Of a stretch of 64,000 nucleotides of DNA, positions 44,454 to 52,610 are shown in pieces. The stretch's first letter is position 1, and each line of letters opens with the position of its first letter. The notes under the pieces were generated by a model. The model did no database searches, was not told the origin of the DNA, and worked only from the letters and a program-made list of their open reading frames with translations. A program made the position numbers and the translations under genes. Where the stretch lies: assembly GCA_020632015.1 (NCBI GenBank), contig JACKGI010000001.1, positions 87,574-151,573 on the forward strand, written 5' to 3'. Source of the stretch: Candidatus Nomurabacteria bacterium. Its GTDB lineage: Bacteria > Patescibacteriota > Minisyncoccia > Phycocordibacterales > UBA918.

Positions 44454-44525
44454 TGCCCCCAGTAGGAATCGAACCCACATCAAAAGGATAGAAGCCTCTC
44501 GTTTTATCCATTAAACTATAGGGGC
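44454..44525 (-). tRNA. tRNA-Arg (anticodon UCU)
   Basis: Acceptor GCCCCTA/TGGGGGC, anticodon loop CTTCTAT, T arm GTGGG-TTCGATT-CCTAC. 72 nt. Confidence 0.9.
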
Positions 44526-44593
44526 GGCAGGGGTAACCATAGCAAATTTTTTGAACTAAGAAAACACCTGCAAAGAGTATTTCTTGCAGGTGT

Positions 44594-44965
44594 TCAGTCT
44601 TCCAGAGTAAAACGAAAATCGTTCGTTTCGTTATTGGTTCTTTGAAAACCATTTTGACTCCAAAAACACTCACTATTATTGGATACTTGCACGGCCTGAA
44701 TGTGTGCAAATTTACTCTCTCTTGCCCATGTAAGTATAGTGTGAAGAACGATGCTTCCGTAGCCCTTACCTCTTTCCGGCTCGGGCATGGTGGTAATATC
44801 TGTAATAACCAGACCCTCCTTGCCCGTGTCGTTGTTAAAAACTAGTCGAACTGTGATGATTGCATCATGTTTATGAAACGTGCAAACAACAGCTTTTTCT
44901 TCAGGGTGCCAATTGCATTCCTTAACAAAGCAAATTTTAACTAAACTCAAGATGTGTTTATCCAT
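44594..44965 (-). CDS. GNAT-family N-acetyltransferase-like protein
   Basis: RGKGYGSIVLHTILTWARE...FWSQNGFQ. Start at MDKHIL, with GGAGG (44974-44978) 8 nt upstream. Terminator hairpin at ~44558-44590. Confidence 0.55.
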   Translation of the reverse strand: MDKHILSLVKICFVKECNWHPEEKAVVCTFHKHDAIITVRLVFNNDTGKEGLVITDITTMPEPERGKGYGSIVLHTILTWARESKFAHIQAVQVSNNSECFWSQNGFQRTNNETNDFRFTLED

Positions 44966-45024
44966 CGCCAGTTCCTCCAAGAGTATGTCTGCCCTAAGGA
45001 TACTGATTGTGGTTTTTGGTGCAA

Positions 45025-45057
45025 GTGCGCGATGAGGGACGACGTTAGAACGGTTTT
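45025..45057. repeat. degenerate copy (B) of the tRNA-Val 3' end plus shared extension
   Basis: gtgcgcgatgagggac versus tRNA gtgcgcgatgagagac (15/16). The extension gacgttagaacggtttt is shared with copy C. Confidence 0.6.
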
Positions 45058-45116
45058 GCAAGAGAAAAGCCCTGTATATTAAATACAGGGCTGATTCAGA
45101 GAGTGTCTATCAGTAG

Positions 45117-45443
45117 TTAGAAGTTAAGCCGAAACTCTGTTCCGTAATCATTGAAACCTAGTCGGATATACCATTCGTGAACTGTAGAGCGTGTTCCGTC
45201 GTTACGACTTGTCGCAATGAGCTTATAGCAGTTTTCCTCTGCCTTTTTCAATACAGCTTCAAGCAATTCTTTGGCGATACCTTCACCTCGATAGCTTGAA
45301 TCCACAAACACGTCTTCCAGTAAACCAAATGGTCTATTATGTAAATCATTGTTGAGCATATAAAGATATGCTCGACCAACTTCTTTGCCGTCTCTTAATA
45401 CTGAAAACCGTATACCTTTTGTATAAACCGCAGCTTCTTTCAT
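45117..45443 (-). CDS. GNAT-family N-acetyltransferase
   Basis: VDSSYRGEGIAKELLEAVLKKAEE (acetyl-CoA-binding motif A). AAGGAGA (45449-45455) lies 5 nt upstream. Terminator hairpin at ~45070-45095. Confidence 0.75.
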   Translation of the reverse strand: MKEAAVYTKGIRFSVLRDGKEVGRAYLYMLNNDLHNRPFGLLEDVFVDSSYRGEGIAKELLEAVLKKAEENCYKLIATSRNDGTRSTVHEWYIRLGFNDYGTEFRLNF

Positions 45444-45564
45444 GGGTATCTCCTTTGAGTACTTCTAAGATGTAAAACTTGGCGACATAAACAAAAGTTC
45501 TAAAGTATTCACTTTTTCAATTCAGTATATAAAAATGAGCCTTGCAAAACAGACTCATTTTATT

Positions 45565-45597
45565 TGCACGCGATGTGGGGCGATGTTAGAACGGTTT
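45565..45597. repeat. degenerate copy (C) of the tRNA-Val 3' end-derived repeat
   Basis: gcgatgtggggcgatgttagaacggttt versus copy B gcgatgagggacgacgttagaacggttt (25/28). Confidence 0.55.
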
Positions 45598-45626
45598 GAC
45601 TGATGAGGTTGAGGTATAATTTTTAC

Positions 45627-47081
45627 ATGGAACCAGAAACTGTCACTCAAGAGCAAGAAAAATTTGGGAGTATAAAAAAAGAAACCTCCGCAGCAAAATA
45701 CTTAGCAATGGCACTTTTTATTACCTTGCCGTTTATTGGTGGATGGATTGGGTATCAGTATGGAAAAAATGAAAGCAAAGGGGACAGTCTTGCGAGGTTA
45801 GCAGTAGAAGAGAGGGTTGATGTCTCCGACAACCCTGAAGTAAATTATGAAGAGAAAACATATTATTCCAATAAGTTAAATCTGTCTTTTTATATTCCAG
45901 ACGGGTGGGAGATTGTTCCTGGGGCAGACGTGAAAGCGCCAGCTGCAATTTCTGATATAAAATTATCTCTTCGTGAACCAGGTTCCGGGTGTGTGATTGC
46001 TTTTGCTGATTTAGATTTGGATAATCATGATTACGTGCAAACTTCTTTTGGGGCAAGGGTGAGCAGTAATGTGTCTCAATATGGTGGTAATTGGTATACC
46101 AACCAAGCTTTCTATGAAAGTAAAATTTCTTTTTCTGGAGATGATAGACAGTATCTAGCACACGAAGTTTTAAGTGATTACTTAGGGGGGCATAGCAGTT
46201 TGCTATGGCAAGAGGACAATGATCCAGTTTCAGCTAATTGTGTTAAAGCTTACGAAGGTCTGGTTGCAAGTTCTAACTATCATTATATGGAATACAGCCA
46301 TACTGGTTATATTGATGGTTTAATTTCAGTCAGCAGGTCGTATGCAGGTAGAGATTCTGGGCTTGAAGATACTTTAAGACTAATTTTTTCTGTAGAGGAC
46401 AGCGCCACCCGGAACAACGGAAACATTTATGAAATTATTGAAATGCCTTGGAGTGTGAACGGATCTAGGATTTTTGTTGATGGTCTAGCTTTTAATTTCT
46501 ATTCTTCTGATGAGGATGGCGGTATAGTTTTTAATAAGTATGATTTAGAGAAAGGATACGTAGAGGAGATATTTGAACACCCTGAAGGAGGAGATTCTTA
46601 TGTAGTGGACTATATTTTTACTAGTAATGGAGAAGTTTACTATCTAGCTGGTTCAGATGGAAATTATGCTTGTATGGATGGTTACAAATCAGTATGTAGT
46701 TTAACCCTTTATAAATTCTCTCCGTCTGAGAGCGGCAAACCCGTTCCTCTGGTTTCGAGTGTTAAAGCTACTAAAATATTCGGTGTAGCTGAAGACGGAA
46801 CCATACATATGGCCAGAGGTTATGGAGATGCTGGTTGTGTTAGTGCCACATTCTCCAGTTATAAAGATGGAGAATATCAAGAGGGAGAGGGGTTGGGAGG
46901 CTGTGTAGGTCTTAATGGTCCTGATGAAGGGTATGTGGAATACCATAAAAGGCTAGATTTGATAAAAGACAGTATAACGAGTGACTATACTAAAATGCTT
47001 TTCTACCAAAACTCCAAGCTCACCGCCACCACCTCAGAGTCTCACAACAATATCTCATCTAGCTTTGTGATTCTAGATTAA
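45627..47081 (+). CDS. membrane-anchored extracytoplasmic protein of unknown function
   Basis: Start at MEPETV, with TATAAT (45615-45620) 6 nt upstream. TM helix YLAMALFITLPFIGGWIGY. Terminator at ~47140-47160. Confidence 0.55.
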   Translation: MEPETVTQEQEKFGSIKKETSAAKYLAMALFITLPFIGGWIGYQYGKNESKGDSLARLAVEERVDVSDNPEVNYEEKTYYSNKLNLSFYIPDGWEIVPGADVKAPAAISDIKLSLREPGSGCVIAFADLDLDNHDYVQTSFGARVSSNVSQYGGNWYTNQAFYESKISFSGDDRQYLAHEVLSDYLGGHSSLLWQEDNDPVSANCVKAYEGLVASSNYHYMEYSHTGYIDGLISVSRSYAGRDSGLEDTLRLIFSVEDSATRNNGNIYEIIEMPWSVNGSRIFVDGLAFNFYSSDEDGGIVFNKYDLEKGYVEEIFEHPEGGDSYVVDYIFTSNGEVYYLAGSDGNYACMDGYKSVCSLTLYKFSPSESGKPVPLVSSVKATKIFGVAEDGTIHMARGYGDAGCVSATFSSYKDGEYQEGEGLGGCVGLNGPDEGYVEYHKRLDLIKDSITSDYTKMLFYQNSKLTATTSESHNNISSSFVILD

Positions 47082-47165
47082 AGTATTTTGGAAAATAAAA
47101 TCCATTTCTAACAACCTTACTGCTTATGAAACAAGAAAAAATGCCCGCAAAGCGGGCTAACTAAT

Positions 47166-47356
47166 GTGCGCGATGAGAGACTTGGCGCCAGTTCTAAACT
47201 CGTCATTCTTCCTTGTTAAGAACTCGCTGCCCCGGCGCTCAAATCGTCCTCACTTCGTTCCGGGCGATAAATTCGCTTTCTTCAAGTCTCCCCTCACTCG
47301 CTAAATCTGAGACACAATAGACCCCAGACTATACAGTCTGGGGTCTATTGGTCTAG
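47166..47356 (-). mobile_element. GC-rich tRNA-3'-flank module E3, bounded by a 19-nt direct repeat of the tRNA-Val 3' end
   Basis: gtgcgcgatgagagacttg occurs at 47356-47374 (tRNA) and at 47166-47184. A 15-bp hairpin sits at ~47317-47349. tcactcgctaaat (47294-47306) is shared with E1. Confidence 0.45.
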
Positions 47357-47429
47357 TGCGCGATGAGAGACTTGAACTCCCGACCTTCTCGGTGTAAACG
47401 AGCTGCTCTACCAACTGAGCTAATCGCGC
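47357..47429 (-). tRNA. tRNA-Val (anticodon UAC)
   Basis: Acceptor GCGCGAT/ATCGCGC, D arm GCTC..GAGC, anticodon loop TTTACAC, T arm GGGAG-TTCAAGT-CTCTC. 73 nt, no CCA. Confidence 0.9.
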
Positions 47430-47519
47430 ATGTAAATATTTATTTGTAGGCATTATCCTACTCAATTTTCAGAAAAAAACAATAGGGCTGGCTTTACAGG
47501 TAAAGCCAGCCCCTTTCGT

Positions 47520-47696
47520 TTAACGACGTATGCACGATGTCGGTGGTCTGCGGGATAGTCCGCGATTAACCTCATCTCGTCTCGGAGTTGGTATTTTTGC
47601 TTCCGTCTTTTCCTTCTTTTCTGGCGGAAGACAACCGTGCTCGTTGAGATATGAACGATTCTTCATAATAGCGTCGTATACGGGTGTGTCAGTCAT
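47520..47696 (-). CDS. small basic protein (58 aa), below track cutoff
   Basis: Hand translation gives MTDTPVYDAIMKNRSYLNEHGCLPPEKKEKTEAKIPTPRRDEVNRGLSRRPPTSCIRR. GAAGGAG (47703-47709) lies 6 nt upstream, and TTGCAA-17-TATAAA is further upstream. Terminator hairpin plus T-tract at ~47478-47515. Confidence 0.35.
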   Translation of the reverse strand: MTDTPVYDAIMKNRSYLNEHGCLPPEKKEKTEAKIPTPRRDEVNRGLSRRPPTSCIRR

Positions 47697-47778
47697 CAAT
47701 GACTCCTTCTATTGTTTTGGTACGGCCAGTTTCTTTTATAATTCGAAATTGTTATTTTTGCAAGGTATACTGTCACTT

Positions 47779-48051
47779 ATGATTGAAATTCATTGTGTTG
47801 TTACCGGACACGTACAGGGCGTGGCCTACAGAACATATGTCCAAGAGTCAGCAATGGAACTTGAGCTGGTAGGTTATGTGAAAAATTTATCTGATGGTTC
47901 AGTGAAGGTAGTAGCTCAGGGGGCACCAGATACTCTCAAGGATTTTGTTGAATATCTTCACGAAGGTTCTTTAATGTCTGTTGTGGAAGGAGTGGCGGTT
48001 GAATGGAGGAGTGCTGATAAAACTTACACAGAATTTTCTTTGTTACACTAA
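47779..48051 (+). CDS. acyP: acylphosphatase
   Basis: VTGHVQGVAYRTYV and GYVKNLSDGSVKVVAQG motifs. ATG at 47779, with TATACT 7 nt upstream. The track N-terminal extension is rejected. Confidence 0.8.
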   Translation: MIEIHCVVTGHVQGVAYRTYVQESAMELELVGYVKNLSDGSVKVVAQGAPDTLKDFVEYLHEGSLMSVVEGVAVEWRSADKTYTEFSLLH

Positions 48052-48056
48052 TTAAC

Positions 48057-48752
48057 ATGCAAAAAACTAATATACAGTGCCTCGGCTTTATTATGGACGG
48101 CAATCGACGCTGGGCAAAAGAACGGAGACTAGAAACAGTCGAAGGTCATCGTAAGGGGTCAGAGGTGTTTACTGAAGTCGTAGAATTTATCCGAGACAAA
48201 AGCATTCCGCACGCAATTTTTTATAGTTTCTCTAGTGAAAATTGGCAACGAGACGATGAGGAGGTTACTTATTTGCTCAACTTATTTGCTGAAAAAATAT
48301 CCGAGCTTAGTGAAAAGCTAAACAAGGAAGAGGCTTTAGATAAAAAAGTTCGCATACGTTTTGTGGGGGACATAGGAAGGTTCCCTGATTTTTTGCAAAA
48401 ACAAATTTTTCAACTAGAAAAAGAAACTAGTGAGTTTACGAATTCTACTATTTGGATTGCTTTGTCATATGGGGGAAGAGATGAAATAGTCCACGCAGTT
48501 AATAGAGCGATTGAGATGGGGGAATCGGTTGACGAAAAAACCTTTGAAAGACTACTTTGGACAGCAGGTATGCCAGATCCAGATTTAATTATTCGTACAG
48601 GTGGACAACAAAGACTCTCTAACTTTCTTCCTTGGCAGTCGACCTACAGTGAACTCAAATTCGTTGATGCTTACTGGCCGGAGGTTACTTCAGAAATGTT
48701 GGACGAGCTATTAAAAGAGTTTGCTGAAAGACAAAGAAATTTTGGAAAGTAA
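48057..48752 (+). CDS. uppS: undecaprenyl diphosphate synthase
   Basis: GFIMDGNRRWA and RTGGQQRLSNFLPWQSTYSEL motifs. Confidence 0.9.
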   Translation: MQKTNIQCLGFIMDGNRRWAKERRLETVEGHRKGSEVFTEVVEFIRDKSIPHAIFYSFSSENWQRDDEEVTYLLNLFAEKISELSEKLNKEEALDKKVRIRFVGDIGRFPDFLQKQIFQLEKETSEFTNSTIWIALSYGGRDEIVHAVNRAIEMGESVDEKTFERLLWTAGMPDPDLIIRTGGQQRLSNFLPWQSTYSELKFVDAYWPEVTSEMLDELLKEFAERQRNFGK

Positions 48753-48754
48753 AT

Positions 48755-49807
48755 ATGACTGATAAAAAAGAGGTTCAAGTGAAACTTTCTGATTATGGAA
48801 AAATAGTCGATGATGAAGTTGAGAAAATTTTTCAAGCAGTTCCAGATTATGAAATGTATGACCATTTGGCTTACTTCATGGGGCTTAAGAACCAAAAGTT
48901 AGAACCAGAAAGAATAAACGCAGGAAAGAGATTTCGTTCGGGAATGGCGATGTTGCTGGCAGAGTTTTACGGGAATCAAGAGGAGGTTTTGCCTTCAGCA
49001 GTTTCAATAGAATTGTTTCATAATTTCACCCTAGTACACGATGACATTGTCGATGGCGATACTCTGCGTCGAGGACGGCCTACAGTTTGGAAATTATTTG
49101 GCACTGACCACGCCATTAATGATGGCGATGCCCAGCTTCTTTTGTCTTTAGAGACAATTCTTGAAAGCAGGCTATTGTCGGCAGAACAAAAAATTTCAAT
49201 CCAAAGCTTTTTAATTAAACAATATAGAAGAGTAGTGGAGGGGCAGTATTTAGATTTCAGTATGGCGGACAGTAGTTTAGGAGATAAGAATTTGTCCGAG
49301 TCGCTTTATTTGGAAATGATTGGACGTAAGACCTCAGACTTGATTGTTGCCTCCACGGTCGTGGCGGGATTAACCGCCGGTGTGGCTAAGGAAGAGCTAA
49401 AGGCTTTGCATGAGTATGGACACCAACTAGGTCTTATTTACCAAATATGTGATGACAATATTTCTATTTGGGGAACCTCTGCTCAGACAGGCAAGAGAGA
49501 TTGTGGCGACATACTTGAGCGAAAGAAAACCCTGCCAATCTTGTGGTGGTACGAAAATGCTTCCGAAGCAGATCGGTCGAAAATGAGAACTCTATACAAT
49601 GGTAAGGGCGAGATGTCAGAGGCAGAACTGGGAGAGGTTTTAAAAATGCTTGATTCCTCTGATACATACCAAGTAATGATGGATAGAGCTAGTGAAGAAG
49701 CAAACAAAGCAAAAAAGGCAGCAGAGAAACTTTCTTTTACAAACGAGCAGAAACAAATCCTTCTCGATATTGTAGACGTGTTGCACGTTGATATAAAAGC
49801 CGTATAG
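48755..49807 (+). CDS. trans-polyprenyl diphosphate synthase family protein
   Basis: First Asp-rich motif LVHDDIVDGDTLRRGRPT. The second motif reads QICDDNIS (DDxxS instead of DDxxD). Confidence 0.8.
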   Translation: MTDKKEVQVKLSDYGKIVDDEVEKIFQAVPDYEMYDHLAYFMGLKNQKLEPERINAGKRFRSGMAMLLAEFYGNQEEVLPSAVSIELFHNFTLVHDDIVDGDTLRRGRPTVWKLFGTDHAINDGDAQLLLSLETILESRLLSAEQKISIQSFLIKQYRRVVEGQYLDFSMADSSLGDKNLSESLYLEMIGRKTSDLIVASTVVAGLTAGVAKEELKALHEYGHQLGLIYQICDDNISIWGTSAQTGKRDCGDILERKKTLPILWWYENASEADRSKMRTLYNGKGEMSEAELGEVLKMLDSSDTYQVMMDRASEEANKAKKAAEKLSFTNEQKQILLDIVDVLHVDIKAV

Positions 49808-49815
49808 TCATAGGT

Positions 49816-50571
49816 ATGAATGATGTCAAAGAATTAGAGCCGGTTGTTTTGTATGAAGATGATGATGTGCTTATCATAAACAAGCCTCACGGCTGGTTGG
49901 TACATGAGGATGGAAACACAACTGCACCAACAGTGGTTGAGTGGTTTTGTGCACGAGTACCAAAAGCAAGAGGGGTAGGTGAGCCCGGCCATTCTTCAAA
50001 GGGTGAGATTCTAGAAAGGTCGGGAGTTGTGCATCGGCTGGATAGGGAAACCTCAGGCGTTTTAATTTTGGCAAAAAACCAAATAGCCCATCAGCATCTG
50101 AAGCAACAGTTTAAAGATAGATTGGTCAAGAAGGAGTATAGAGCTTTCGTTTATGGTCGTATTAACGATAGGTGGGGAACCATCAATCGTCCGATTGGTC
50201 GAAGTTCAAAAGACCATCGTCGGCGTTCAGCTGAACGAGGGGCACGAGGAGTATTGCGTGAAGCCATTACAGATTTTGAAAGAATTGGAATGGGTGAGTA
50301 TGAAGACGAATCATTTTCGTATGTTAAGTTGATGCCAAAGACTGGACGAACTCATCAATTACGAGCACATCTCCGAGCCCTAGATAGACCAATTGTGGGA
50401 GATGAATTGTATGGTGAACACCGGATTAACAAATCAAACAACCTTGGGCTTCAGCGATTAGCCTTGCATGCTCACGTATTAGAGATATTGTTACCTAATG
50501 GCACTACTGAGCGGGTCATCGCTCCAGTTCCACAAGACTTCGAAGAGGCGGCCGAACGCATTGCAGAATAG
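49816..50571 (+). CDS. RluA-family pseudouridine synthase
   Basis: HRLDRETSGVLILAK catalytic motif. 251 aa, with no obvious S4 domain. Confidence 0.85.
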   Translation: MNDVKELEPVVLYEDDDVLIINKPHGWLVHEDGNTTAPTVVEWFCARVPKARGVGEPGHSSKGEILERSGVVHRLDRETSGVLILAKNQIAHQHLKQQFKDRLVKKEYRAFVYGRINDRWGTINRPIGRSSKDHRRRSAERGARGVLREAITDFERIGMGEYEDESFSYVKLMPKTGRTHQLRAHLRALDRPIVGDELYGEHRINKSNNLGLQRLALHAHVLEILLPNGTTERVIAPVPQDFEEAAERIAE

Positions 50572-50641
50572 GGTTTATTATGTTAGATTGTGGCACGTTT
50601 AAACGGCTCATTCGTTTAATTTATTCAAAATACTTATTATT

Positions 50642-51274
50642 ATGAAAGCAGCAATGGCAGGGGTCCAAGTGTCCCCAGTAAATATGGAAGAACGAAAGTC
50701 TCTTGGTATCCGTGCCGGAGATACAGTTCGTGTCCACCAAAAAATTCAAGATAAAGGAAAGACCCGTATTCAGATTTTTGAAGGTCTAGTACTTGCACGA
50801 AAGCACGGAAATGAACCAGGAGCTACATTTACAGTACGTAAGGTAGCAAGTGGAGTTGGAGTAGAAAAGATTTTCCCACTTTACTCACCACTTATCGATA
50901 AGTTAGAGATTGTGAAACGAGCTAAGGTTCGACAATCAAAACTTTACTACATCCGAGAAAAAGTAAATCGTGAAATCAAGCGACAAATGCGTCGAATGAG
51001 CCTAATGTCTCTAGCTACCGAATCTGGTGCAGAAGCATCAGCTCGTGAAGCAGAAGAAGCAAAGGTTGCAGAAGCAGAGGCTGCGAAAGTAGCAGAAGCA
51101 GAAGCGGCGGCAAAGGCGGAGGAAGTTGTGGTTGCAGAAGAAGCGCCAGTAGAAGAGGAGGTGTCTGAAACTCCAGCAGAAGAGAAGAAAGAAGAAGCTC
51201 CTGCCGAGGTCGTTGAGGAAACTCCAGCAGCAGAAGTCTCAACAGAAGCTGAAACTGAAGAAAAGAAAGACTAA
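50642..51274 (+). CDS. rplS: 50S ribosomal protein L19 with ~90-aa Ala/Glu-rich C-terminal extension
   Basis: L19 core GDTVRVHQKIQDKGKTRIQIFEGLVLARKHG...RRAKLYY-like, followed by the tail AEAEAAKVAEAEAAAKAEE... Confidence 0.9.
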   Translation: MKAAMAGVQVSPVNMEERKSLGIRAGDTVRVHQKIQDKGKTRIQIFEGLVLARKHGNEPGATFTVRKVASGVGVEKIFPLYSPLIDKLEIVKRAKVRQSKLYYIREKVNREIKRQMRRMSLMSLATESGAEASAREAEEAKVAEAEAAKVAEAEAAAKAEEVVVAEEAPVEEEVSETPAEEKKEEAPAEVVEETPAAEVSTEAETEEKKD

Positions 51275-51369
51275 CTTTTAAATAAAAGAGCCGGCCCTTT
51301 GGGGCCGGCTCTTTTATTAACTTGAATTAGCTAGACCTTTCGGGCATAATGGCTCGCACCAATGACCTA

Positions 51370-51453
51370 TGTCCACGTGGCGGAATTGGTAGACGCGCTA
51401 CCTTGAGGGGGTAGTGGGCGCATGCCCGTGCTGGTTCAACTCCAGTCGTGGAC
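51370..51453 (+). tRNA. tRNA-Leu (anticodon GAG)
   Basis: Acceptor GTCCACG/CGTGGAC, anticodon stem CTACC/GGTAG, loop TTGAGGG, long variable arm. TTGAAT-17-CATAAT promoter upstream, and a terminator at 51469-51505. Confidence 0.9.
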
Positions 51454-51516
51454 ACAAAGTGACGATATAACAAAAGACGGACAGCTTCGCTGTCCGTCTT
51501 TTGTTATACTAAAAAT

Positions 51517-51960
51517 ATGCAGATAAAAAATGACATATCTTATGGCGTTATTCCCATAAAGCGCGTGAATGATAGCTGGGAAGTTTTTTTAATTAATCAG
51601 TTTAGTAAAATTGGTAAAAATACATATTGGATTTTGCCCAAAGGTCACCCAGAAAATAACGAAACTCCGAAGCAAACAGCAATAAGAGAATTAAAGGAAG
51701 AGACAAACATGTCACCCTCGATTTTATTAGATGAGCCGACCTTCAAACTCCAGTATGATTTTGTTTTTGATCAAGTAAAAATTAATAAAACAGTGGTATT
51801 TTTTATTGGTGTTATTGAAGGTGGGGAATATGAGGTGGACGGAGAAGAGGTTAAGGAGGCAGGCTGGTATTCTTTGTCAGCAGCGACCGAAAGATTGGAT
51901 TATCGAGACACAAAGGAAATGTTCTCGCAAGCAAGGGAGTTTATTGAAAATTATCAATAA
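51517..51960 (+). CDS. Nudix hydrolase
   Basis: Nudix box GHPENNETPKQTAIRELKEETNM. TGtTATACT lies 6 nt before the ATG. Confidence 0.8.
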   Translation: MQIKNDISYGVIPIKRVNDSWEVFLINQFSKIGKNTYWILPKGHPENNETPKQTAIRELKEETNMSPSILLDEPTFKLQYDFVFDQVKINKTVVFFIGVIEGGEYEVDGEEVKEAGWYSLSAATERLDYRDTKEMFSQAREFIENYQ

Positions 51961-52058
51961 GTAAAGAAACTTGTATTAATAATTTTTTATTGTATAGTGT
52001 GAAAGTTCGATCTTTCAGATCTTTTTCATCATAACTCACCCAGGTGAAGGAGGGCGCT

Positions 52059-52556
52059 ATGCGTCTTTTAACTTGTATTGCACTTCTGTTGATTTGTTCA
52101 GTTTCGTGGTCGGGAGAATCTCCTGGACCGCCCATAAGTTGTTTTGAGAAAAAGGACCTCCTCAAAGTTCTTGAGTTGGTGCCAGACAAAGACCATTTTT
52201 TGCGGTACGAAACTAACCGTAAACTCGACAATGAGGTCGGAAAGCGTGGTTGTAGTTGGTTCAGTGTTCCGGCAGGCTCTAGCTATACAGTTGTTGAGTT
52301 TTTCGAGACTGACCAAGAGGAGGGACGTGGTTTTGTCTTTCCAATTGCTCAGGTTGTTTATAGCAACGGGTTGATAATGTACTCAGCACTTGGTATCTAC
52401 CCTCGTAAAGATTGGCAATTAGTACGACATACCGGAAAGTGGCGGACGAGAGAATTTATTGAACCAAAGAGTTGCGATCCGGTATATGAACGCGTGGACT
52501 TCCCTTGGTATGTCAGAGTTGCTGAGAACTGTATGACTAGAAGAATATTCAACTAG
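52059..52556 (+). CDS. secreted protein of unknown function (SD-led)
   Basis: ATG at 52059 is preceded by GAAGGAGGG (52046-52054). Signal peptide MRLLTCIALLLICSVSWSG. Terminator at ~52575-52601. Confidence 0.5.
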   Translation: MRLLTCIALLLICSVSWSGESPGPPISCFEKKDLLKVLELVPDKDHFLRYETNRKLDNEVGKRGCSWFSVPAGSSYTVVEFFETDQEEGRGFVFPIAQVVYSNGLIMYSALGIYPRKDWQLVRHTGKWRTREFIEPKSCDPVYERVDFPWYVRVAENCMTRRIFN

Positions 52557-52610
52557 TCATTTGAGTGCTACTCAAACCGCCGACAATGTCGGTGGTTTTT
52601 TATATGTAAT

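Noticed and set aside
45025-45597. Integron-like attC sites flanking the GNAT cassette.
   Set aside because: There is no intI. The repeats are direct copies derived from the tRNA-Val 3' end rather than imperfect palindromes. GTTAGAAC / GTTCTAAAC do not fit the GTTRRRY / RYYYAAC core pair.
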